A DNA stretch of 54,465 bases. Source: Salinarchaeum sp. Its GTDB lineage: Archaea > Halobacteriota > Halobacteria > Halobacteriales > SKNY01. Where the stretch lies: assembly GCA_007123105.1 (NCBI GenBank), contig SKNY01000013.1, positions 1 to 54,465 of the forward strand, written 5' to 3'. The notes beneath the pieces are model-generated. The model did no database searches. It saw only the letters and a list, made by a program, of their open reading frames with translations, and was not told where the DNA came from. This document shows, in pieces, positions 9,532-19,934 of this stretch. A program made the position numbers and the translations under genes. The number at the start of each line of letters is the position of its first letter. Within the stretch, counting starts at the first letter, position 1.

Positions 9532-11319
9532 ATGAGTGCTGTACGTGCACGCGAGGAGATCGATGAGGCCTACACATGGGACCTCGAGAGCATCTTCGCG
9601 GACGACGACGAATGGGAGACCGCCTTTGCAGACGCTCGGGAGGCCATCGAACAGCTGGCCTCGTACGAGGGAGCCGTTACCGACGATGCAGCGCAGCTGC
9701 GCGAAACCCTCGAGACGTACGAAACGGTGATGCGGGCGGTGTCGACGGTCTATTCCTACGCCCGGATGCGTCGAGACGAAGACACGGCCGACGACCACTA
9801 CCAGGCGCTGACCTCCCGGGCCCAGACCCTGTACAGTCGCGCGAGTGCAGCTGGTAGCTACATCGAACCGGAGATTCAGGACGCCTCCTGGGAGGAATTA
9901 GAGGCACTCATCGAGGCCGATCCAGAGCTCGAAACCTACGAACACTACTTGGAGGACGTTCACCGGATGCGCGAGCATACGCGTTCTGCGGAGGTCGAAT
10001 CCGTGCTTGCCGACCTGGGAGACGTACTCGGCGCCGGCAACGACGTCTACACGATGCTGTCGAACGCGGATATGACGTTCCCGTCAGTCGAACGCGACGG
10101 CGAACCCGTCGAGATCACCCTTGCAAACTTTGTCGAACTCCAACGCGAGCCGGATCGAGCGTTCCGCCAGTCGGTCTATGAGGCGTTCTATGACGAGTGG
10201 GAGACGGTGCGCAACGCCGTCACCGCGAGCTATCACAACTCCGTGAAGACCGACGTCAAGCTCGCCAGGACACGGGGATACGACACTGCCCGTGAGGCTG
10301 CGCTTGACGGGCCGAACATCCCAACGACGGTCTATGACACCTTGGTCGACACGGTCCGCGATCATCTCTCGCTGTTACACCGCCATGTCGAGCTCAAACG
10401 ACAGGTACTCGACGTCGACGAGCTGTGCATGTGGGACGTCTATATGCCTGCAACGACCTCGGAGGGGCCTGACATCTCGTATGACGAGGCCGCAGAACAC
10501 GTCCGACAGGCGGTGGCCCCGCTTGGCGAGGAATACCAAGCACGGCTCGAAACGGGCCTCGAATCCCGGTGGGTCGACGTCTACGAAACGCCCAACAAAC
10601 GATCGGGCGCATACAGTGGCGGTACGTACGACACCCAACCGTTTATCTTGATGAATTATCAGGATACCGTGAACTCGATGTATACCCTTGCCCACGAGTT
10701 CGGCCACTCGTTGCACTCTGAGTTCACGAGCGATCACCAGCCGTACGTGTACAGCAGCTACGAGATCTTCGTCGCGGAGGTCGCGAGCACAGTGAACGAA
10801 GCGTTGCTCACCCATCACTTACTCGAGACTGTCGAGGACGACCACTTCCGGCGTCACGTCCTCAACCAGTATCTGGAGAACTTCCGCTCGACGCTGTTCC
10901 GCCAGACGATGTTTGCGGAGTTCGAACACCGCACGCATGACGCCGTTGAAGCCGGCGAGGCGCTGACGGCCGATGGCCTCGATGAGTTATATCTTGACCT
11001 CAAGGCCGATTTCTACGAGCCGGCCACCGTCGACGACCGGATCGCCCGCGAATGGATGCGGATCCCGCATTTCTACCGGGCCTTCTACGTATATCAGTAC
11101 GCGACCGGAATTAGTGCGGCCGTCGCGATTGCCAATCGCATCATCGAAGAGGGTGAATCCGCGGCAGCAGACTATCTCGCGTTCTTGCAGCGCGGCTCGC
11201 GGAAGTATCCCCTCGAGCTACTCGAGGCGGCTGGGGTCGATATGCGGACGGCCGCTCCAATCGAGGACGCGATGTCGGTCTACGATGAATACCTCGACGA
11301 GATGGCGTCGTTGATCTAG
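9532..11319 (+). CDS. pepF: oligoendopeptidase F (M3B metallopeptidase)
   Basis: 595 aa with the HEFGH zinc motif (YTLAHEFGHSLHSEF) and the overall PepF layout. Confidence 0.9.
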   Translation: MSAVRAREEIDEAYTWDLESIFADDDEWETAFADAREAIEQLASYEGAVTDDAAQLRETLETYETVMRAVSTVYSYARMRRDEDTADDHYQALTSRAQTLYSRASAAGSYIEPEIQDASWEELEALIEADPELETYEHYLEDVHRMREHTRSAEVESVLADLGDVLGAGNDVYTMLSNADMTFPSVERDGEPVEITLANFVELQREPDRAFRQSVYEAFYDEWETVRNAVTASYHNSVKTDVKLARTRGYDTAREAALDGPNIPTTVYDTLVDTVRDHLSLLHRHVELKRQVLDVDELCMWDVYMPATTSEGPDISYDEAAEHVRQAVAPLGEEYQARLETGLESRWVDVYETPNKRSGAYSGGTYDTQPFILMNYQDTVNSMYTLAHEFGHSLHSEFTSDHQPYVYSSYEIFVAEVASTVNEALLTHHLLETVEDDHFRRHVLNQYLENFRSTLFRQTMFAEFEHRTHDAVEAGEALTADGLDELYLDLKADFYEPATVDDRIAREWMRIPHFYRAFYVYQYATGISAAVAIANRIIEEGESAAADYLAFLQRGSRKYPLELLEAAGVDMRTAAPIEDAMSVYDEYLDEMASLI

Positions 11320-11906
11320 CCGAACAGCGTTCCTTTCCACTTCGTCGAACAGCCCATCGGCGAGATGGTATCGATTGGGTACGACTCGCCGGCCAGAATC
11401 GCATCGATTGCATCCCTGACGTACTGTTCGCTGACGTCCTCTCCCTCGCGATCGTCGTCGATTGCGCCCTGGTAGACCAGTGACCGATTCTGGTCGAAGA
11501 CGAATGCGTGGGGCGTACACTGGGCCCCATACGCCTTGGCCACCTCCTGGGATTCGTCGCGGAGGTACGGGAAGTTAAACTCCTCCTCGGCGGCTCGAGC
11601 GTTCATATGTTCGATCGAATCGGTGGGGTAGTACTCGTTTCCACCGGCATGTTCTTCGATCGCGTTGTTGGCATTAATCGCAACGAGATCGACATCCGCG
11701 TACTCCGCCTGGATTCCTTTGATTCGCTCCTGATACGCGATTGCCGTCGGACAATGATTGCAGGTGAACACGACGACGAGGGCGTCGGCGTCGAAATCTG
11801 CGAGCGAATATTGCTGTTGATCGAGCGTCGCAAAGCCTCGACCGGTGACGCCGGGCAAGGAGAAGTACGGAGCGCGGTCTCCGATCGCGATGGGATCGAC
11901 TTGCAT
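11316..11906 (-). CDS. thioredoxin-fold redoxin family protein
   Basis: ORF 11316..12014 trimmed to MQVDPIAIGDRAPYFSLPGV. It has the AhpC/TSA-like N-terminus, a CNHCP redox motif, and CTPHAFVFD. Confidence 0.75.
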   Translation of the reverse strand: MQVDPIAIGDRAPYFSLPGVTGRGFATLDQQQYSLADFDADALVVVFTCNHCPTAIAYQERIKGIQAEYADVDLVAINANNAIEEHAGGNEYYPTDSIEHMNARAAEEEFNFPYLRDESQEVAKAYGAQCTPHAFVFDQNRSLVYQGAIDDDREGEDVSEQYVRDAIDAILAGESYPIDTISPMGCSTKWKGTLFG

Positions 11907-11998
11907 ACCCTTGCTGTCCGCGCCAGGTAGAAAGAGCTGGGGATTCCGGGGACGAATCCAAAGGCCCATTTGAATTGCGGCCAAAGTGTTCGATAAGA

Positions 11999-13219
11999 AT
12001 GGCGGAGGGCCCAACGATCCCGGATGGTCCGCACTTGGATGTAGATCCGAACTCCTCGCCGGACGAACAGCTCACGGCATTGCGGGATCACCTGATCGAG
12101 CTCACCGACATCAACAACGAACTCGAGGACAAGCTCGATCGAGCCCGATCGATTCAGGCGAAACTCCACGAGGCCGTCGACCGGTACGAACGGGAAAACG
12201 TGCTGCTCAAAGCGGCGCCGACGTACCTCGCAACGATAGAAGACGTGTTCGACGACGAGGCCGTCGTCCGCCAACACGGCACGAACCAGGAGGTACTCGT
12301 CGATCTGCCACCCCAGTTCAGCGACGTCGACCCCGCCACGCGGATCGCCGTGAACGATTCTTTCGGCATCGAATCGATCCTCACCGACGAGACCGATGCA
12401 CGCGCACAAGCGATGGAGGTTGACGACGCACCGAACGTCAGCTACGCGGACGTCGGCGGGTTGGAGGATCAGATCCGTGAAGTACGTGAAACCGTCGAGC
12501 TCCCGCTCGCGGAGCCCGAACGCTTCGAGATCCTTGGCATCGATCCCCCGAGTGGCGTTCTCCTCCACGGTCCTCCGGGCACCGGGAAGACCATGTTGGC
12601 AAAGGCCGTTGCCAATGAGACCGATTCGACGTTCATCCGCATGGCCGGTTCGGAGCTGGTCCAGAAGTTTATCGGCGAGGGCTCGCGGCTGGTCCGGGAT
12701 CTGTTCGAACTCGCGGAGGAACGATCCCCTGCCGTCGTCTTTATCGACGAGATCGACGCAATCGCAACCACGCGCACGGACTCGAAGACCGCCGGGGACG
12801 CCGAAGTGCAGCGGACGATGATGCAGTTGCTCTCCGAGATGGACGGGTTTACTGCCCGCCCAGACGTCCGGATCATTGGTGCCACCAACCGTTTTGACAT
12901 GCTCGATCGGGCGCTGCTTCGCCCGGGCCGGTTCGACCGGATTATCGAGGTCCCGTACCCGGACGTCGACGGTCGCGAAGCCATCCTACAGATCCACACC
13001 CGATCCATCACACTGGACGACGATGTCGACCTTGCGATCCTCGCTGACGACCTTTCGGAGGTCTCGGGCGCAGATGTGAAAGCGATCTGTACGGAGGCAG
13101 GGATGATGGCCATTCGCGACGATCGGACCGTCGTGACGATGGCCGACTTCCGAGACGCCGTCGAAAAGGTTCTTGAGGGCGACGGTCCCGGGCGCCCGGT
13201 CACGAATTACATCTATTAA
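11999..13219 (+). CDS. pan: proteasome-activating nucleotidase (AAA+ ATPase)
   Basis: Coiled-coil N-terminus, Walker A GPPGTGKT, DEIDA, and the C-terminal Y-I-Y HbYX-like tail. Confidence 0.95.
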   Translation: MAEGPTIPDGPHLDVDPNSSPDEQLTALRDHLIELTDINNELEDKLDRARSIQAKLHEAVDRYERENVLLKAAPTYLATIEDVFDDEAVVRQHGTNQEVLVDLPPQFSDVDPATRIAVNDSFGIESILTDETDARAQAMEVDDAPNVSYADVGGLEDQIREVRETVELPLAEPERFEILGIDPPSGVLLHGPPGTGKTMLAKAVANETDSTFIRMAGSELVQKFIGEGSRLVRDLFELAEERSPAVVFIDEIDAIATTRTDSKTAGDAEVQRTMMQLLSEMDGFTARPDVRIIGATNRFDMLDRALLRPGRFDRIIEVPYPDVDGREAILQIHTRSITLDDDVDLAILADDLSEVSGADVKAICTEAGMMAIRDDRTVVTMADFRDAVEKVLEGDGPGRPVTNYIY

Positions 13220-13264
13220 CCGGCATCACCAGGTTCTTCGCCGGTGGGTGGTCAGCCTTCGTCC

Positions 13265-14329
13265 ATGTTGAGTCATACGGCAGCAGTCATCGGGGCCGGC
13301 AGTCCACCCGATGCAGATCAGCCGGGGTTTTCGATCGGTTACGCCCATGGAGCGGGCTATACCGAACTGGATGACGTCGACCTCGTCGCGGTCGCCGACC
13401 GGGTGCCTGAGTTTGCAGCCAGGTTCGCCGATCGCTTCGGGATCCCTACGAATCGAACCTACACGGACCACGTAACGCTCATCGAGGACGTCCGTCCAGA
13501 CATCGTAAGCGTCTGTACGCCACCCGAGACCCATCGCGACTTGGTTGTGTCCTGTGCGCGCGCCGGCGTACCCGCGATTCACTGTGAAAAGCCGATGGCG
13601 CTTAGGTGGGATGATTGTCAAACCATGGTCACTGAATGTACCCGCCACGACGTGCAGCTCACGATCAACCACCAACGCCGATTCGTCCCGCGCTGGCGAA
13701 CACCCGCGGATCTCGTCCAGGACGGCGCGATCGGCACGGTCCGTCGCATCGAGCTGGCTGCTCCCGATCTGCTGGACTGGGGGACCCACTGTTTCGATTT
13801 AAGTGGCTGGTATGCCGGGGACGTCCCCGCAACGTGGACGTTCGGACAGATCGGACCTGCCGTCATGGATCGTTACGGCGGGGCGTACGAGCACGCAAAC
13901 GAGACGGGCGCGCTCGCGACCTGGGCATACGAGAACGGCATCCGGGGATTGGCGGCCACCGGCGAGTATACCGGTCTGGTCGGCGGTGACGTCTATCATC
14001 GGATCATCGGAACCGACGGTCGGATCGAGATCGACGGTCACGGGGACGTCACGCTCATTCGCACCGGTGGCGCTCCGGAGACGATTGGACTCGAACAGGC
14101 TCAGAACGGGTTTGCTGGTGCGATCGCGGATGCCATTGCCGCGCTCGAATCTGCCCGTGAGCCGGCATTGGCGGGCCATCGGGCATTACATGCGACCGAA
14201 CTCATTTTCGGCATCTGGGAATCGGCCCGCCGCCGCGACCGTGTTGGCTTCCCGCTCGAGATCAGCGGAAACCCACTCGAGGACATGATCGAATCGGGCA
14301 CGCTTCCCGTCCGATCCGGGTCGTCGTAG
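13265..14329 (+). CDS. Gfo/Idh/MocA family oxidoreductase
   Basis: AVIGAGS Rossmann start and the CEKPMA motif. Confidence 0.8.
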   Translation: MLSHTAAVIGAGSPPDADQPGFSIGYAHGAGYTELDDVDLVAVADRVPEFAARFADRFGIPTNRTYTDHVTLIEDVRPDIVSVCTPPETHRDLVVSCARAGVPAIHCEKPMALRWDDCQTMVTECTRHDVQLTINHQRRFVPRWRTPADLVQDGAIGTVRRIELAAPDLLDWGTHCFDLSGWYAGDVPATWTFGQIGPAVMDRYGGAYEHANETGALATWAYENGIRGLAATGEYTGLVGGDVYHRIIGTDGRIEIDGHGDVTLIRTGGAPETIGLEQAQNGFAGAIADAIAALESAREPALAGHRALHATELIFGIWESARRRDRVGFPLEISGNPLEDMIESGTLPVRSGSS

Positions 14330-16117
14330 CTACTTTCCCCAGAAGGGATCCTCGGTTCGTTTGTGCTCAAGGTACATCTGGAGGGCGTCGCGTTCGTCCG
14401 GTGGGATCTCTTCGAACAACTCCTGTTCGAGCACCTTCGCGTGCGTCTCCGGCAGGTCGATCCAGAGCGTATCTCCTTCGTCGATCTGGCGTCCCACGGT
14501 CGGTCCGTCGATGGCGACGCTCACTTGCTCGCCGGCGCGTGCCTCATCTACGTCTTCGCCCGCACTCTGGATCCCTTTCAGCATCCCGACGACCCGGTCC
14601 TCGCCACCGTCTAAGTCGACCACGGGGACGTTTCGACGAATCGTCCCGTCAAGGATCTCTACGCCAACGACGGCCGGATCGTTCTGGCGGAACACGTGAT
14701 CGACGAGGATCGTGAACCTGGCCGGTCGAATGACGTTTTCGAGTACCGACTCCTGCTGGGCGGCGTCGATCTCTTCGACGTACGCTTCGTACTCTTCAAC
14801 CAGCCGATAGATCACGTCGTGGGTAAATACTTCGACGTTGGCGTCATCGGCATCTTGTTCTGCATCCCCGCGCATCGAGACGTTAAACCCGAGGATCACG
14901 CGATGGCGCGGATCATCCACGGTACTCGCAATGCTGACGTCCCGGCGGGCGATGTTGCCGACGTCTGCCCTGAGGATCGGGATCTCCAGTTCGTCGAGCG
15001 CGTTGGCCATCGCCTCGAGACTACCGAGGGTGTCTGCTTTTACCACGACCCCTTCGTCGTCGGTCTCTACGTCGAATTCGGCCAGCGCTGCATTCACTTC
15101 CTCGATCACCGTGGCACGGTCACGGTTGCGCAGCACCCGCACCGGAGCACCGGCGATTGCGTCCGCGAGGTCTGCCGCCGCAATCTTTACCCCGGCAGCC
15201 GCGGCAACCTCCGTGACCGTTTCGAACGCCCGTTCTGCCCGGAATTCCGTCAGCTCCCTGGGCTTGAGCAGCGCCCGGACCTCGGCGACGATTGGTTCGC
15301 CGGCGGTCCCGACGACGATGGTGTCCCCCTCACGAATCGTCCCGTCGTACATCACGGCGTCGATGGTCGTCCCGAAGCCGCGTTCGTCGGTGACCTCGAG
15401 GACGGTTCCAGCCCCCGGGCCGCTGACGTCCACTGCCATCGCTTCTCGCATGTATCGCTGTGAGAGCCCCATCAACACAGCGAGGAGGTCAGGGACGCCC
15501 TCCCCCGTTTCGGCGCTGACCGGAACGACGCCGATCGTTTGCCGGAAATCCTGGAGTCGCCAGTACAGGTCGGCGGGAAACCCTTCGTCGCTTAGTTCAC
15601 CGATGAGCTCGTACAGTGCTTCGTCGAGAAACTGACGGGTACGATCGCTTTGCCCTTCGTAGGTTTCCTGAATGGGGGCGTTCTCCTCAGCCCGCCATCC
15701 GGCGACCGTGTCGATCTTGTTTGCAGCGACCACGAACGGCGTCTCGGTTCGACGGAGAATCTCGAGGGCCTCGAGCGTCTGGGGCTGGCATCCGTCATTT
15801 ACGTCGACGACAAGGATTGCGATGTCTGCCAACGACCCCCCACGGGCTCGCAGGGTACTGAACGAGTGGTGGCCCGGCGTGTCGATGAACAACAATCCCG
15901 GGAGGTCGAACTCATCGGGCGTGACCAGGTCACCCGCGACATCGGAAACGGTCCCCAGAGGGACCTCGGTCGCCCCGATGTGCTGGGTGATCGCGCCGGC
16001 CTCGCCTTCGATCACTGCCGATCCCCGGATCCGATCGAGTAAACTCGTCTTCCCGTGATCGACGTGTCCGAGTACGGCCACGATCGGTGTCCGTAGCTGG
16101 TAGTTCTGCTCCGACAT
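14330..16117 (-). CDS. infB: translation initiation factor aIF5B (IF-2 homologue)
   Basis: 595 aa with GHVDHGKTSLLD, DTPGH and NKID GTPase motifs. Confidence 0.95.
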   Translation of the reverse strand: MSEQNYQLRTPIVAVLGHVDHGKTSLLDRIRGSAVIEGEAGAITQHIGATEVPLGTVSDVAGDLVTPDEFDLPGLLFIDTPGHHSFSTLRARGGSLADIAILVVDVNDGCQPQTLEALEILRRTETPFVVAANKIDTVAGWRAEENAPIQETYEGQSDRTRQFLDEALYELIGELSDEGFPADLYWRLQDFRQTIGVVPVSAETGEGVPDLLAVLMGLSQRYMREAMAVDVSGPGAGTVLEVTDERGFGTTIDAVMYDGTIREGDTIVVGTAGEPIVAEVRALLKPRELTEFRAERAFETVTEVAAAAGVKIAAADLADAIAGAPVRVLRNRDRATVIEEVNAALAEFDVETDDEGVVVKADTLGSLEAMANALDELEIPILRADVGNIARRDVSIASTVDDPRHRVILGFNVSMRGDAEQDADDANVEVFTHDVIYRLVEEYEAYVEEIDAAQQESVLENVIRPARFTILVDHVFRQNDPAVVGVEILDGTIRRNVPVVDLDGGEDRVVGMLKGIQSAGEDVDEARAGEQVSVAIDGPTVGRQIDEGDTLWIDLPETHAKVLEQELFEEIPPDERDALQMYLEHKRTEDPFWGK

Positions 16118-16206
16118 ATCCTCTTCTCACAAGCCGCGGTTACTGCACTGCAACGCTGCGGTGCAGTTAAGTGCATCGCGTCGCCCCGCCGGGGCCGAAC
16201 GGTCGG

Positions 16207-16500
16207 TTAGGCGACGTTGAATCCTTTTTCCCGGAGAAAATCCTCGATCCGGCCGATGTGGTTTCCCTGGAGTTCGATCGTGTCGTCCTCGACCGTCCCA
16301 CCACAGGCAAACTTCGATTTCAAATCCGATGACAACCCGGACATATCGACGTCTCGTGGATCGAACCCTTCGATGACAGTAACCTCTTTGCCATAGCGAC
16401 GCTCGTCGATGCGGACCGTGATCTGTTGAGATTCCCTGGCTACGTCCTCGCAGACGCAGAGTTCACCGGGGAGCCCGCACGTCGAGCATACTTCCGACAT
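16207..16500 (-). CDS. translation initiation factor SUI1 (aIF1)
   Basis: 97 aa. It has an N-terminal C..C..C.C zinc knuckle followed by a SUI1 domain ([24 protein letters not shown]). Confidence 0.9.
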   Translation of the reverse strand: MSEVCSTCGLPGELCVCEDVARESQQITVRIDERRYGKEVTVIEGFDPRDVDMSGLSSDLKSKFACGGTVEDDTIELQGNHIGRIEDFLREKGFNVA

Positions 16501-16551
16501 TACACCGAACGCGTACGCCGGGGTCCTATTAAATACTGTCGGGGGACCGGC

Positions 16552-18903
16552 TCACCGACCGAACGGAAGCGCCCGCCCCGCGTGTTCGTCGGCGATCGTC
16601 ACGATCGTCGCTGCCTCCCATTCAGGTACCGATTCATCGGCGTAGCGGGCGATTTCGTACGCGTCGACGACCATATCCATCCGATCGTCGATAGCGTGTG
16701 ACGTTGACAGCCGATCGACGTAACCGCGTACCGACTCACCGGGGCGGCGCGCCTCGAACTCCTCTTCGAGCGCGCCCTCGATGCGATCCCACGCCCGGAT
16801 GACCGCGTCGTCGGTCGTCTTCTGGCGCCCTTGCCAGCGCAGATTTGCCGTACGGCGCACCCGACGAGGTAGATCACCGTGTCGGATACTCGCGACGCCG
16901 CCGATGATGAGGGCAAACAGCAGTGCCAGGTGTTCGACCGGCGGCAGCGTCGGTTCATCCTCTGTGTCGGTGTCGTCGCTCACGTTGGCGGCATCAATCC
17001 CTTCGAAGGTGAAGTCCGCCTGGTCGCGCGCGTCACCGGGTGCGGGTCCTCCGGGGTTGATTCCGTGCATCTGCTCGATCTGCTCTTCGTCACAGAGACC
17101 GAGCACCTCGTCCTCGCCGAGGATGCCCCGTGTGTACACGGTTGGATCGTCACATACGAACTCGTCTCCACGGTCCGCTGATCCCGGCTGCACTGGACCC
17201 TCTGTTGCATTATCCGGCGCATCGTCGATGTCCGGCAGGTCGTCGGCGTCCAGGTCCATGTCGTCGTCAGTGTCTGTCGCGTCGGTGTCGACGCGCTCAG
17301 CGCCGGCGGACCGGGCCTCCGATAAGCGTTCTTGTCGGGCCTCGTTGTACGCATCACTCGGTGTCGGATCAAAGGAGACCCACCCGACCTCCGGGAAGTA
17401 GACTTCCACCCAGGCGTGGGCGTTCATTCCGCGGACCACGTAGCTGTTCTCATCGACAGCCTCGCCGGTGGAATACCCGGTCACCATTCGCGCAGGAATG
17501 TCCTGGGTTCGCAACATAACCGCCATCGTCGTCGCAAAGTACGTGCAGTATCCGGCATCCCGCTCGAACAGTTGGGCGTCAGCGATATCACCCGACGGTG
17601 GATCAACCGAGAGGTTGTACTCATTTGTCTCCATGATGTAGTGTTCGATCCGTTGGGCCGCCTCGTACGGTGATTCGGCCGGTTCTACGATCTGATCGGT
17701 CAGCGCTGTAACGCGCTCTGGTGTCGTTTCCGGGAGTTGGGTGTATCGCTCCTCGATGTGGCTCGGGTACTCAGTTCCGGCGGCGCTCAGATTAGTAGAT
17801 GGGTCCGGTCGGGCCGACTCGACGATGTAGGCGTCCCCCTCGGCAAGGGGGGCAGCCGCGGAGAGGCCATCGGCGGGCGACTGGTCGATCCCGGCGACGC
17901 CGCTCACATCGGTTGCAGCCCAGTGGGCCGGCATCGCTTGCACGCCGTCGAATTCGACGTTCACGCCAATCTGTTCGTACACGGCATTCGGGGGCTCCTC
18001 GGCGCCGGTGAAGTCACTGTCCTCGCCGGATTGGATCCAGCCATCGCCAGTGTAGCGGTCGTAGGCATCGACACGCCAGTTCTCGCCCTCCTCGGCCTCG
18101 ATCGTGAAGCGGACCGTCGGGTCGAGCGACGGCTGGCCCGTCACCCGGACCTGTCCATCACCTCGAAGTAGTGCATCTTCGGTTGAGACGCCGGCCAGGC
18201 CTTCCGGGTGCGGATTGATGGGCGCGGCACCGCCACCCGGAATGACTGAGACGCTCAAACTCGTGATTAACATGAGCGCAAACAGGATCGCGAGGAGATC
18301 GATCTCGCCAATCGACGCCCCCTGCCGGGCTAGCTCGCCGAACCCTACCGTCCCGGCAGCGCCGAGCACGCCGAGCAGGGTTAGCATCGTCCCCGCGTCT
18401 CCTGTCAATACGAAGAACAGCAATGCCGCGAGACCGACGCCGGCGCTTGCCGCATACCGCGCCCGAACGGCCAAGTACCACGAGAGAAACACCGGCCAGG
18501 GGGCGACCGAAATCGCCCATAGATCCACGGCAACGATGGTCAGAATCGAATACCCGGTCATGAGCGCGAGTGTATTCCGGAGCAAGCCTTCGGCGGACAT
18601 GAGCAGCGCCCACGCCCCAGCGACGTTCATGGCGTAATACCCCATCCCGACGGTGAATCCAACTGCAGCGATGATGCCCGCGGTTCGAACGTCCGTTAAT
18701 CCGGCCAGCAAGACGGCAAGCACGCCGGCCAACACCACGACTACCAGTAATCGATCGGTCGTTCCGACGGTCGCGGTCGCGGTCCGAAAGACCTGCAGGT
18801 ATGCCAAGGTCAATCCCAGCAACGAGACGAATGCGCCGATCCGCATCGGATCGACGAGGGTTTCGACCGATTCCCACCCGACGGACGATTCTTGGACGCT
18901 CAT
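16552..18903 (-). CDS. membrane-anchored transglutaminase-like protein with an acidic linker and a DUF4129-like C-terminus
   Basis: About 6 N-terminal TM helices. The transglutaminase core reads GYCTYFATTMAVMLR..NAHAWVEVYF..DPTP (Cys-His-Asp). The start is ATGA-coupled to the upstream gene. Confidence 0.85.
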   Translation of the reverse strand: MSVQESSVGWESVETLVDPMRIGAFVSLLGLTLAYLQVFRTATATVGTTDRLLVVVVLAGVLAVLLAGLTDVRTAGIIAAVGFTVGMGYYAMNVAGAWALLMSAEGLLRNTLALMTGYSILTIVAVDLWAISVAPWPVFLSWYLAVRARYAASAGVGLAALLFFVLTGDAGTMLTLLGVLGAAGTVGFGELARQGASIGEIDLLAILFALMLITSLSVSVIPGGGAAPINPHPEGLAGVSTEDALLRGDGQVRVTGQPSLDPTVRFTIEAEEGENWRVDAYDRYTGDGWIQSGEDSDFTGAEEPPNAVYEQIGVNVEFDGVQAMPAHWAATDVSGVAGIDQSPADGLSAAAPLAEGDAYIVESARPDPSTNLSAAGTEYPSHIEERYTQLPETTPERVTALTDQIVEPAESPYEAAQRIEHYIMETNEYNLSVDPPSGDIADAQLFERDAGYCTYFATTMAVMLRTQDIPARMVTGYSTGEAVDENSYVVRGMNAHAWVEVYFPEVGWVSFDPTPSDAYNEARQERLSEARSAGAERVDTDATDTDDDMDLDADDLPDIDDAPDNATEGPVQPGSADRGDEFVCDDPTVYTRGILGEDEVLGLCDEEQIEQMHGINPGGPAPGDARDQADFTFEGIDAANVSDDTDTEDEPTLPPVEHLALLFALIIGGVASIRHGDLPRRVRRTANLRWQGRQKTTDDAVIRAWDRIEGALEEEFEARRPGESVRGYVDRLSTSHAIDDRMDMVVDAYEIARYADESVPEWEAATIVTIADEHAGRALPFGR

Positions 18904-19934
18904 GATGCGGTACCTCCGTCGGTGACGATGGGTGCTGTCGCACTCGCTGTAGATTCGGGCTGACCGGATCGCAGCTCCTCATACCGACGCCACGTTCCAC
19001 CGATTCTGACCTGCACGGCCGCATCGTCAGCAGCTCCCCGCACGACGATCGAAGACTCGTCGCTGACGTGCTGGGGAAGTCGGCCTCCGGATGTTCGGGC
19101 CAGCGCGGCCAAAATTTCCATCCAGTGGGTGCTCCCGGAACCCACGTCGACGTCCCGGTTCGGAAGTGTCAGTCCGACCTCCATGCCTCGTTTGAGTAAC
19201 GCCACCGCGATGCTCCCGCAGGCGCTCGCCATCTCGTCGACCCGCTCGGAATCGGCCGATCCGGCGATCCGAATGTCGCCGGCGTCTCGATTCGAGATGA
19301 ACTGTTTGACGACGAGGTCCTCCCCCGGTCGTTTCGCACTGCTTTTCCAATGGATATCCCGGATCGCGTCGCCCCGATGATACTCGCGAAGGTTGTCGAA
19401 CTCGTACCGTTCGCGTTGGGGGGCCCCCCGGGGAAGCAACGCCGGATCCGACTTCAATCCAGGAAGCTCCTCGATGGCTGGGTAGGTCACGAGTTCGACC
19501 CGAGCATCAACCGCATGTTCTGCAGTAAAAAGCCCGAATGGATCACGGATTTCGATCACCACAGGGCCAATCTCGTGGACGCCCCGTCGTGTCGGTCGGA
19601 TCCGATAGTCGACCGCACCTGCCCGGGCATACGCGCCGGCCTCCTCGACCGGTTCGACGGCCGCAGGGAGTTCGTCGGTAACGAACACCGTCGCCGATCG
19701 TCCGACGTCGATCTCCATGTGCACGGTATGCACCTCGTCCGGGAAGCCGGGCTCTGGAACCTCGCGTCGCACCGATGGTTCGGAACTCGTCCCGACAATG
19801 ACCAATCCTGCGAGGAGGACGACGACTGCTGGCAGCACGACGGCGTTCATCGCTTGGATTCCGAACGTTGCTGCCCAGAGGAAGCCGACGACGGTGACGC
19901 CGGCCACGATTCGTCCTCGTTGGGTGAGCTTCAT
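18900..19934 (-). CDS. DUF58 domain-containing protein
   Basis: Two N-terminal TM helices and the LREYHRGDAIRDIHWKSSAK motif typical of DUF58. It has ATGA overlaps with both neighbours. Confidence 0.8.
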   Translation of the reverse strand: MKLTQRGRIVAGVTVVGFLWAATFGIQAMNAVVLPAVVVLLAGLVIVGTSSEPSVRREVPEPGFPDEVHTVHMEIDVGRSATVFVTDELPAAVEPVEEAGAYARAGAVDYRIRPTRRGVHEIGPVVIEIRDPFGLFTAEHAVDARVELVTYPAIEELPGLKSDPALLPRGAPQRERYEFDNLREYHRGDAIRDIHWKSSAKRPGEDLVVKQFISNRDAGDIRIAGSADSERVDEMASACGSIAVALLKRGMEVGLTLPNRDVDVGSGSTHWMEILAALARTSGGRLPQHVSDESSIVVRGAADDAAVQVRIGGTWRRYEELRSGQPESTASATAPIVTDGGTAS

